A stretch of 64,000 nucleotides of DNA, from NCBI RefSeq assembly GCF_021869535.1, contig NW_026262668.1, forward strand, positions 67,394,001-67,458,000, given 5' to 3'. Shown here one piece after another: positions 38,116 through 49,158 of this stretch (within the stretch, counting starts at the first letter, position 1; every line of letters begins with the position of its first letter). The position numbers and the translations under genes are program-made. The DNA is from Mytilus californianus. Lineage: Eukaryota. The notes below the pieces were generated by a model. That model had not been told where the DNA came from. It made no database searches and saw only the letters and a program-made list of their open reading frames with translations.

Positions 38116-39506
38116 CCACTGGACAGGTGGGGGCTTTCCATAAATATTTCTATTGATATTTTTTAAATGTTTCTAGCGTTAAGGTTATATTTCTATTGTT
38201 TTAAGAAATATTGTATATAAAATACATCTTTAATGTTGTTTTATTGATAAAAACTATATTTTACATAAAGACAATTATGCAACTTACATAAGGGATTATA
38301 TTCGAGGACAACGAGAATTTACGACAGCTTGAAGGGGTCATAAAACGATTTCCTATGTATTTTACCACTCCTCTTAACTCTCAATTTTTTATGATTTTCA
38401 AATAAGTTTGAATATTGAACCGACTGCTCACAGCTAGTTGGATATAGAATATCGAACCGGCGGCTAACTGCACATATATTAGTTATGTAGAAACTAGATA
38501 TTTCTATACACATTGACACCAATATGCCGGATCTAGAAATCAACCTAATGAGTGCTTCTAGTTACTGACGTCATTTGTGTTGGTTTGTTCAACGTTCACT
38601 TCTAAGGCTGAACATCTGTGGTCATTTAGACGTTAGAAAATAATACATATATCGTATTGGTAGCTAGAATCATTATGGTATTTAAAACGAAAAAATCCTT
38701 TGAGAATCACTTCAAGCCGTGAAATTGTCGAATTCCGCTCTCAAATTACATTTAACTTAGATTTTGAGATTTTTAGAACGTTCGAGTCTGTTATAGTTTT
38801 TGGGTTTTTAGACATATCGTCAAAATTGGCTGCTGGAAAAAAGTGGCTGCTATCTTGATTGGCTGCTAAAAGTGGCTGCCAGCTTGAGTCTAGTATAATG
38901 ATGCCTTCATTCCAGTTTCCGAGGCAAGGACTATCAGTGGAATTCGACGAGACATCAAAAGCAAACACCCTTTGCACTGTTACGGGCTATAACATCACTC
39001 TAGTGAAACGTACTCTTTTGAGGATTATTTCGATCTTGTGTAAAAGTAAGGACTAGGTGCATGGCGCGAAAGATGTAAAAATATATTTCGTCTGAAATTT
39101 AGTCCAACAATGTTATATGTGCGGTATAAACTATTTGTCATTTCCTCAGCGGGGTTTGAACTCATTTTTCTGTGACATATCGATAATTCTTCCTGCAATG
39201 ATTCGCAAGGACGACCGTTTGAGACAGGGGGAACGATTAATATTTGCCAGTTTTATTCTCAAGCTGTTCGTTCTATTAAAGGTCGGTTTCATAAATATTT
39301 TGTATTAACTATGTATTTTTTGCGATGAGGCAAATATATTCATACATTTAATCACATATTAAACGATTTGTGTATACTTATTTCACATACAAGTGCAGGT
39401 TTTTTTTTCATTTTCTAGATACCGTACATTCTATTATATGTAGCCTGGCATCCTTTTCGCATCAGACGAGCAGTGAGTCAGGATCCAAAGCTATATTATA
39501 TATTAC

Positions 39507-39608
39507 CTATCGTTGTGTCATGAACTGAAGGGTTTTGGGGTTGTGCATCGTAAGCCTTGAGGTTAGGTTCTCCATTTGTTTCAAACTTAATGATTACGTC
39601 AGTTATAT
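39507..39608 (-). CDS. Upstream exon of phage-type lysozyme gene (catalytic Glu region)
   Basis: TTTGTAG| acceptor, |GTAATA donor, 102 nt (phase 1/1); (D)ITDVIIKFETNGEPNLKAYDAQPQNPSVHDTTI(G); splices in frame to 25583 and rebuilds TTIG-YGFNL across the intron. Confidence 0.78.
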
Positions 39609-39676
39609 CTACAAAGATAATGTATGTGTTACAAATCAAATTTAAAGTAGAAAACTTTTTATATATATATATCATG

Positions 39677-40824
39677 CACAATCATTAGACACTCTACTCT
39701 TAAGCAAGTGTTTAGTGCCGGACAGGAGAAGTCTAGAAATGACCATATTAATACTTTTCATGTATACTCTGGATTCAAGTTGACGATTAAATGTTCATTC
39801 CTCTGAAATAGAAAATGATTTGAAAATTTGCGGCAACAAAATGGCGAAGACGTTCATAGTGCAAGACTCTGGTCCATGTTTTTTAACTAATGATATTCCT
39901 AGACATGTATAGAGGTTCAAGCTTCGCTCTCACCCCATATGGAATTTACTGACCCCATATATATTGTATTAGGTCACTACCACACTATGTAACTAACAAA
40001 ACATGCATGACAAATTTCTTGTCAGTTCAAAACGTATTTGTTTGAACAACGTCATGTCAATCTAAGTGAACATTTTCCCCTTTTGGAATCTAACATATTA
40101 TTTCAGCTGTTATCCCCCAGACATTGCCATATGTTCAGATATAATCAATCTTTAAAATGCACATCTTCATTAATTTTCAGACAAGCAGCAAAGCAGATGT
40201 CGCGTGCACTGAAACGGGTATTATACGTTCATATTACTACATGTAACTATTATGATTTACAGTTGAGTCATCAAAGGTTTAATCTGCCCATAAGCCATGA
40301 ATGCAATTTGTTTTGGTACCGGCATAATTTGAATAACTCATTTTAACTCTAATTCTTTAGTCTGAATTATGTTGTTGTGCTTAAAACTATTACTTCTGGC
40401 AAAGTGGATGAGACAATATTTATTTCTGTGTTGGTTTTTTTAGGAGGGGATAGATAAAATGCTCCTGAATGATTGAATGATTTTGGCTTTTGAAACTATA
40501 TTCTTGAATGTCCTTGGTGAAGGTTCTTCCGAAAAAGAATGTGTCATGCAAACCGAAACCGGCAATGTATGTACGTTTATATATTTAACATGTTTGGTTC
40601 AAAAACTTGGTCCAGAGTCTTGCACTATGAACGTCTTCGTCATTTTGTTGCCGAAAATTTTCAAATCATTTTGTATTTCAGAGGAATGATATTTAATCGT
40701 CAATTTGAATCCAGAGTATAATTCCTTTGACAAGAATTTACATGAGGAGTATTAATATGATCATTTCTAGACTTCTCCTGTCCGGCACTAAACACTTGCT
40801 AGAGTAGAGCGTCTATTGTTAGTG
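39677..40824. mobile_element. MITE-like element with TIRs of about 210 bp, in a lysozyme intron
   Basis: 39677-39885 is the reverse complement of about 40610-40824 (e.g. GCAAGTGTTTAGTGCCGGACAGGAGAAGTCTAGAAATGA); CAC...GTG ends; no clear TSD. Confidence 0.8.
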
Positions 40825-40834
40825 CAGTATGTAT

Positions 40835-41105
40835 AAATTCACAGCCATGTCAGATCGGAATGTAGACGTTTAATTCGATGCCCCATTAAAGCTTTTAGCC
40901 ATTCACGTCAAATAACCCATGCAAAAAACTCTGAGGTCCTAGACAAAATGTCTAGCAACATATCTTCATTTTTCTGCGACAGTCCAAATTTCACACCTTT
41001 CTTCCTAGTCGACTCACCTTGCAGAATCAACCTATTATGTTATTGGTTAATTTGTTTTCCTCCACAATATGAATGAAATATTTGCAGCTGGACATTAAAC
41101 AAGCA
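40835..41105 (+). mobile_element. Degenerate SINE-like copy
   Basis: GTCAGATCGGAATGTAGACGTTTAATTCGATGCC core and CTGGACATTAAACAAGC tail. Confidence 0.4.
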
Positions 41106-42094
41106 ACAAAGAATCGATTTTTGTCGGTATTGATTCATTGCATTAAGAATGTCTACAAAGAATGCTTTCCTTACATTATTTCTTCAAAGTTATATTATAA
41201 AATCAGTAATGTTGTATGATTGCCAATGAGACAAGTTCGACAACTAACCACCAGAGACCAAATGACGTAGATGTTAGCAACTATAGGTTACCGTATAGCC
41301 TCCAACAATGAGCAAAACCCATACCACACAGCAAGCTTTAAATCGAGAAAACCAACGCTGTCTGTGATTCTTTCTTTTTTTTTTTGTAAAATGTTCCATG
41401 AGGTTGCAAAAATCCGAAGATTAATTCTGTTTATAAATGCAAGTGCATTTATGATCAAATACAATCAAAGAAAGACAAGTCAATTATTCTTGATTATGGT
41501 ATCGCCGAGTGTGGCAGATTTTTGGATCAAGTGAAAATCGAAACATCATTTCTTCTTTTTTAAAATCTTCTTATTTAACAGTGGTCCTTAAAGAACGGAA
41601 CTTTAAATGGTGCAACAGCTCATTCAAAGGGGTGGTACAGCGTTATTTTCGTGTGTTTTGTTGATCGATCAACTTATTTACAAATATCCTTTATTTGACG
41701 TTTACTCATGCACTAGAGATTCAACGTTAATTTTTCGGCCATCTTTAATCAAACAGATCATAATTAAAAGGTTGGAATGACAGAAATGCTTAAAAAATCA
41801 TCAAATTATTGGAAATAAATGACAATGTACCAGAACACTATTTTGGTGGCTTGTTAAAGAATTGTTATTGATTTTCTTGAATATGATAAAAGATTGTCAG
41901 TTAAGAACTGAGAAAGAGAAGTCACAAAACTGTTTTTAACACTAAAGACTTCTGTTTCGTGCAAAGATCGTAAAATTCATTTGTAGTTTACGTTTAAATT
42001 ACGTGCACGTACCATCCTCTTTAAAGCGGTAGGTATGCATGTGTGCTCTGTATAAGCATCCTTTTGAAGAGCACTACCATGATATATGATTTTA

Positions 42095-44052
42095 AGGAAA
42101 ATATGTATATTTCCAACTATGTACTGGCTTCCGAAGCTGCATAAAACTCCATACAAATATAGATTTATTTCGTCTTCAAGCCATTGTTCCGCTACTAAAC
42201 TATCTATTCTACTTACTAGTACACTTGGTACAATCAAAAACCTGGTAATAAATTGTTCAAATAAGGCCTTTGAAAATAGTGGAATTAATTACTTTTGGAG
42301 TGTCAAAAATTCGTTGGAAGTACTTGATAAGTTGCATGCTTATATTGGTGATTTCGAATCTGTTCAAAGTTTTGATTTTTCTACCCTATATACCACGTTG
42401 CCTCATAATCTTATTAAGAAAAAAATCACACACCTGATTAAATGGGCATTTAAAAAGTCGGAATGCGAATATATATGTTCAAACTCTTATAGGTCATTTT
42501 TTAGTAACAACAAACAAAAGAACTATGTCAATTGGACCTGCTTTGATACTATAACTGCCCTTGAGTTTTTACTAGATAACATTTTTGTTCGCTATGGAGA
42601 TTCCGTATATCGTCAGGTTATCGGAATTCCCATGGGGACTAACTGTGCACCACTTATTGCGGACCTGTTTCTGTATTGTTATAAGTTACAATTTATGACT
42701 AAAATCAGCAAAGACCCATCGAAACAACACCTGATTCAAAAATTTAATAACACTTTTAGATATTTAGATGATATATTGACTCTCAATAATGACGACTTCA
42801 GTGTGTACACTAAAGAGATTTATCCTGCCGAACTGACTTTAAATAAAGCTAATACTAACAAAGAACACTGCCCTTTCCTGGATCTTGATATCTTTATCTT
42901 TAACGGGAAGCTTAATACCAAAATTTATGATAAAAGAGATGATTTTTCATTTCCTATTGTTAATTATCCATTTTTAGATGGTGACGTTCCCTTGTCGCAA
43001 TCTTCTGGTGTTTATATATCTCAACTTGTTCGATTCGCTCGTGTATGTAACAACGTATTTGATTTCAACGAAAGAAATCTCTGTATTACTGAAAAATTAT
43101 TACACCAGGGTTTTCGATATCACAAACTAGTCAAAACATTTACTAAATTTTATCATCGGTACAGGGACATCATTCGTAAATATAAACCAACATGCAGACA
43201 TCTTATACGTTCAGGTATTTCACATCCAATATTTTATGGTAATATTCTTTACAAGGCACAAAAATGTCGGCATTCACCTCAAAAGCTTACCAAACCTTTA
43301 AACAGACTTATTCGGAAAGGATATAGTTACGATACTGTTGTCAAGTCATTAAGGATTACATATTTTGGTATTAATATTGATTCACTCATAGGGTCTTTGC
43401 ATCGGAAATAAACACATTTATTCTAAAACAAGTTGTTGGCATGATACGGGTTATGTTCTTCTCATATATTTTATGATGGTATGATACTAAACCCCTAACG
43501 GGAGGGATTGTACTTGATTTTCATATGATGAAGACATAATCTTTTAATCAGTTTAATTGAGGTCTGGAGCTGGCATGTCAGTAACTGCTAGTAGTCCTTT
43601 GTTCATTTATGTATCATTGTCATTTTGCTTAGTTTCTTTTGTTACCTATTCTGACATCGGACTCGGACTTCTTTTAAACTGAGTTTTACTGTGCGTATTG
43701 CTATGTGCTTCTGTATTCTACATTGGCTAGAGGTATAGGGAGAGGGTTGAGATCTCACAAAACATGTTTAACCCCGACGCATTTTTGCGCCTGTCCCAAG
43801 TCAGGAGCCTCTGGCCTTTGTTAGTCTAGTATATTTTTTAATTTTAGTTCATTAATATGTTTTGGAGTTTAGTGTGACGTCCATTTTCACTGAACTAACA
43901 CACAATTTTATTTAGGGGCCAGCTGAGGACCACCTCCGGGTGCGGGATTTTCTCGCTGCATTGAAGACCCATTGGTGGCCTTCGGCTGTTGTCTGCTCTT
44001 TGGTCGGGTTGTTGTCTATTTGACATATTCCCCATTTCCATTCTCAATTTTA
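42095..44052 (+). mobile_element. 5'-truncated Penelope-like retroelement (RT ORF plus 3' UTR)
   Basis: Open RT frame followed by a repeat 3' end of about 640 bp finishing CCCCATTTCCATTCTCAATTTTATT; boundaries approximate. Confidence 0.8.
42119..43411 (+). CDS. Penelope-like reverse transcriptase (uninterrupted, no C-terminal GIY-YIG)
   Basis: YWLPKLHK, RFISSS, DFSTLYTTLPH, GIPMGTNCAPLIADLFLY, FRYLDD, CPFLDL, IYDKRDDF motifs. Confidence 0.88.
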   Translation: MYWLPKLHKTPYKYRFISSSSHCSATKLSILLTSTLGTIKNLVINCSNKAFENSGINYFWSVKNSLEVLDKLHAYIGDFESVQSFDFSTLYTTLPHNLIKKKITHLIKWAFKKSECEYICSNSYRSFFSNNKQKNYVNWTCFDTITALEFLLDNIFVRYGDSVYRQVIGIPMGTNCAPLIADLFLYCYKLQFMTKISKDPSKQHLIQKFNNTFRYLDDILTLNNDDFSVYTKEIYPAELTLNKANTNKEHCPFLDLDIFIFNGKLNTKIYDKRDDFSFPIVNYPFLDGDVPLSQSSGVYISQLVRFARVCNNVFDFNERNLCITEKLLHQGFRYHKLVKTFTKFYHRYRDIIRKYKPTCRHLIRSGISHPIFYGNILYKAQKCRHSPQKLTKPLNRLIRKGYSYDTVVKSLRITYFGINIDSLIGSLHRK

Positions 44053-45736
44053 TTAGTAGACTGTTTACACACAGATTAATTTGATAATTTACCTACCCAA
44101 TTCCCAAACCTGGTTGTGACGGGTCATGTACTACAAGAAAGTCAATGTTCCCTAATTACCAATAAAGACAATGAAATAAAACACCGAACACTCACTCGCT
44201 GATCCTCAAAATATAAAAAAAAAATGTGAAGTATAATAAATAAATTATATACATGGTTGCACAAATGTTGCAAAAATGCCATAGCAATAAACGGGAAACC
44301 AATAAGGACAAAATTGGAATCTTAACAGACACCGCTAAATGCCGAAATGGACATTTTTTTTGGCGTAAACGGATTTCTCTCAAAATTTCCCCCCAAAAAT
44401 GACAATTTAAAGATTTTTACGTGTGAGTGAAACAAACATGGGGAGAAATTGGCTCTATCCCTTAAACAAGAAAATATGCTATTATCAAAAGGTTATCATA
44501 TAATGAATTTAAAACTTGAACAAGAAAACAAAAGGACCCGAGGAGTCTGCTAGCAAAACTATGCAATATGGAAATCATTAGCAACAGTGGCAGTTATGTA
44601 TCTTGCACATACTATCCAAAATTGAGACCAGGTTGATTATTGTTAAGTTAGCCCTCCATATTTGAATTGGGTCAAATCAACTGATAATTGTAAGAAATGT
44701 TTCGTCGATGTGTTAGCAGAAACTTTATCTGGTGCAACACTAAACTATTGGTAAGTTTAATATAAATATAAACGTTTATTCGCTCATATCAAAATCAATA
44801 ACACGGGACTCACCCAATGACAAATGTGTTTAAAAGATTACCAGTGAATGCTGTGAACAATACGGCTTAATTAATATCTGCATGATCTTTATTTAAATTA
44901 CATATGCATGAATTCGCTTTTTGTAATTTTTTTTTTTTGCAGCAAACAATCTTGCATCTGATCAATCGTGATATCAATGTCAGTAAAGTGAACATCTGTT
45001 CATGCAAGCGTTTTAAGTTTCTGTTGTCGTTTATGGTACGCCGTTCGCGTCAAAAGAAAGTATGCATAAGCAATAGGCGCACAAGGTAGTTTGAAATATG
45101 AACAACAACGACAAGAATATGTTATTGTTTGCCAACATATAGTTTATATCACACTATTCAAATGTATGATAACAAGTATATGTCGCCGAGAGTGTTTTCA
45201 ATTTTCAGTTAGAACAAAACTTTCTTATTTCAAGATTATAAAGGAAAACCAAAGAGTTTTCAAATATGTGAGCTGAACAAAATAACACGATAGAATTTTA
45301 AAATACATGTAGTCAAATTTTGAGAAGATAATTTTCAATAAATGCTTCAGAAAAATAAAAATAAAAGTGATGGTCACCAAGGTATGTTTTCTTGCTACAC
45401 AATCCTTGATAACAAAAGTTATATATTCACTGACATTACAATTCATTATAGATTTTAAAAATCATGAGTTGCACATACCTTCCCCTTATATATCCATCCC
45501 TTTTATCAAATAAAAAGTCTCTCTCTATTTGTTAATACATTTAGTCACCCAACTACCTTAAATGTACACAACTACATGCATCTATTTTGCACTGTTTTGT
45601 TTTACTTCTTTTATTTTAATCGAAAACATACAATGACATTCAGCAGATTCGATTTCAAATACAGATGTATTTGAAGATACGCAGCTAGTTTGCATAACTA
45701 GATTTAGAAACAAAAGTACAGAAGTTTAAAATGTCT

Positions 45737-45888
45737 CAGGGTGGATTCAGGTGGCGTAGATTGAAAATTTTTCATTTTGTTAAAATATAATCGTCTAGAA
45801 AATGTTTTGCCTCGCTACGTTCAACAGTATTTATTCCCATATAAAGAATTACGCCCGGCCTCTTTTAAAAATCCTGGATCCGCCCCTG
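45737..45888. mobile_element. Short hAT-like MITE remnant
   Basis: CAGGGTGGATTCAGG / CCTGGATCCGCCCCTG imperfect TIRs; no TSD. Confidence 0.5.
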
Positions 45889-46344
45889 TGTCCGCTGAGA
45901 CTTTTGAAGTATATATTTTTTTTAATTTTGAATGCTTCATCGTGACATCAATTTATCTTCAGGCATCCGTGATTAACAGAGGCATATACACCATAAACAA
46001 GGTTACACCAGACTACGCAGAAATAACAACAAAAGGTATACCTTACGGCTTCGATAACAGAACAGGTTGGTTTTAACGGTCAACACTAAGTCAAAAGCAA
46101 TATATATATATTGGTTTTAAAAAAGACGCAAAACAGGAAAAGACTTGAAAAAAGAAGAAAGTTCAACTGTTAACAGGCGCGTAGCTGCCTTTACGCAAAA
46201 AATCATTTGCTTGCACATTTTTTTCACAAAAAAAATAAATTCTGAAATTGAATTACGGATAGTCTTTAGTCTTTACAGATTATCGTGTCGGGCGGTGTTT
46301 AAAGCCCAAATCTCTGATGTCGTCTGTAACAGTGACTAATAAGG

Positions 46345-46510
46345 AACTATATATCCTTCAATATTCGCAATCTTCTCAATTCTAGTTACAATGCCAGTAA
46401 CTACATCAACTACTGAACGGTCATTTAGTGCATTAAGGCGACCGAAAACTTATCTCCGTTCAACCATGGTACAGGACAGACTATCTTCGTTGGCGCTCAT
46501 ACCTGTTTCA
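46345..46510 (+). pseudogene. hAT transposase C-terminal dimerisation domain remnant
   Basis: ILSILVTMPVTTSTTERSFSALRRPKTYLRSTMVQDRLSSLAL; a possible element end TCCAGCTACGCCCCTG lies at 47505-47520. Confidence 0.8.
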
Positions 46511-49158
46511 CCGAGAGAGTTCTGCGATCATTTGCCTTGGCAAAAAATAGATATATGGACTTTCGATATTAACTATACTTTAAGTCTTACATGCAGTATT
46601 AACATTTAATAATACAGGCTCAATACAATCACCTTGAAAACATCTTAGATTTATATCCCTTACTTATAAGTCAAGACTTAAAAGTGGCCGTTAGATTTCG
46701 TATTCCCATTGTCCGTTCGTCCAAAAGACTATTGATTCACCTGGGGTATCTGTGTCCCAAATGACCTTCTACCGTTGTCGTAGAAACCTCTCCTTTGATT
46801 TGAGAATGACCTTCGTGAGACACACTACGGGTGTCTTGCAAGAAGCAGGAACTGCTTACCCTTTTGGAGCACCGGAGGTCGCAACATTGTTTTCTGGGTC
46901 CGTGTTTTTCATCTGTATTTAGTTTTCAATGTTGAATGATTTTGTTTCTCCTTTTGTGTCTTATCTGTTCCCGGGTTTGTCAATTGTCCATTGATTAACG
47001 CTTCGGTTGTCGACTCTTCCTGATCTTCCCGTTTTATCAAATTTATTTTATATTTGAAAATAACCATGTTAATAATATAAGCAGCAAATTACGGAACTCA
47101 CTAGACTTTTACTATCGTTTCATGAAAATATGGTATAGTAAGAAACAGATAGGGTATTTTTCATGTTCAAAGCAGTCACTGTAATTACTCATATGCCCGG
47201 AGCTTCATGGGGATTCGCTTCCCTGGACCACCGTCTACGGTGCTGCCCTGGATCCCCGACTAGGGTGCTACCCTGGACCAGCTGGGGACTTTGAGCGGTC
47301 CATAGCCTCCTCCCTTGCCGAATCACTATAAAGTCCACAAGTATTCACAAAATAGGAGTTTGGGCGTGAATGTGATGTGAATTTCATAAGCATGGCATAC
47401 CGGGAAAATGCACGAAAAAAGTTATCATTTTCTGCATAAAATGGTCCAAATAAAATTTTCGCCTCGCTTCGCTCGGCGATAGTTATAATTGCACTTTATG
47501 TAAGTCCAGCTACGCCCCTGGTTAACAGCATAAACGTCATTATTCTGCAATACAGAATAACTAATAGAGTTTTCAGATAGATTTGCCGACGGAAGCACGC
47601 ATGCATGTTGCTGGAATAACGTTCATTTTGTGAATTCGAGACCAAAACTTGGGAGGCCCCCTTTCGTAAAATTTAAACATTCAAAGTGATATAAACATAA
47701 AACTATAACCGTGTAAGATAGCACTTTGCTTCTGAGAATGCAACCGTGGTTCAACTATCGACAGGATATCACTGTAAAAAAATGTATGTTAGTATGTTAT
47801 TTTTCTTACTGACAAAACCATTGTAGATTTTTTTGAACATATTATTATATCGCAACTATTCTCATTATTTGTATGCCTATGATTTTTTTCTAAGGGGTTA
47901 TAAACATGTAAACGATTTAACACTGAATCCATTCTTTGGAGTCAGATCATACTACAGACTTTTTACATTTAGTGTAGTTTGTTGTGAAGTCATATACAAA
48001 TATGTCTGTAACATCGAATTTAGTACTTACCAATTGTTTAAGAGATGAATAAATTATTTACTTGAATTTGATGGAAAAGAATCAATTCTTGAAACAAATA
48101 CATGCACACTCTAAAAATAAAACCCACAGTAAATGAACAACACGTTTACTGACTGCTGTTCTTCTGAGACTTCATTAAGGATACTCTAACACGGAGCAAA
48201 ATCTCATACGTAACTACATGTATAAGTTCAAGGCGGCTTTTAGTATCGGTTTGAGCGGATTGGTTTTGCAAGAATTCGGAAAGTAAGAACTGCACATTAA
48301 AGTGCACATATATTGGATAATATCAACAAATTTCAAACTGCTTGGAAAATCCGAACTCTGCATTGAAGCGTGCATGTGTGGGGTAATGTATCAACAAATT
48401 ACAAACTGGCAGAGAAATATAATAACAAATACTATCATAATTTTCTCGACTATCGCAATGTAAAATACAGAAACAAGATAATTTATTTATTTAGACTACC
48501 CGGTGGCACATCGTAATTTTTTAGATAACCTGGCAGGAATTAATGTAGGAACATGGGAAATAATTCGAATAAACTGCATAATAATTTTGATAGATATATT
48601 CAAGCCAAGAAGGACACATGCATTGTTATACATAAGATACGTTATCGCTAAATGTGAGCATATACCTACAACAAGTGTAAACTCCATACAGACTACACAT
48701 GGCACGCCATACAAACTGTCTCGATGCAAAGGAAACGAAGGGATGTTGTCTATTAATTTCTGACACCAATCCCTAAACGCACTAGACAAAACCCAAAGCA
48801 GGACCAACTATTTTATTGCTGCTTTTCATTGCACAGCTACCCTTAGCACGCAGCAAAATTACATACCATAACGAACAAGTATAAATTATCACATTAAATC
48901 TTAAGTTATATCATTTAATTATAATTTCTAAAATAGTAAAAGAAAGGTGGATGCTACCAAAGGGATATTCAATCTCATATAAGTCGAAGACAAACTGACA
49001 AAGTCAGGACGAAAAACGACATAAAAAACAAACAGCAGTCTAGAAAACACAGCATAGAAAACTAACAAGTCTCATTTCGTTTCATTCCTTTCAGCGGATT
49101 TTAATTTATTTTGTATCTTATCGTTTATTCTTCATCTTTCTATTTCTATTTTATCAAG

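Larger units (their letters stand above)
25800..38894. mobile_element. 13.1-kb Foldback/MULE-like element with satellite-built inverted arms
   Basis: Termini ACTAGACTCAAGCTGGCAGCCAC / GTGGCTGCCAGCTTGAGTCTAGT; 9-bp TSD ATAATGATG at 25791-25799 and 38895-38903; about 800 bp of unique inverted arm on each side, then 178-bp arrays in opposite orientation; no transposase found. Confidence 0.9.

Noticed and set aside
45737-47520. Single intact hAT element from 45737 to 47520
   Set aside because: No matching 8-bp TSD, terminal sequences differ, only a transposase scrap remains, and a Penelope-like fragment interrupts it.
47768-47785. CACTGTAAAAAA as an EnSpm terminus enclosing the unknown 249-aa ORF
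   Set aside because: I could not find a matching inverted end downstream.
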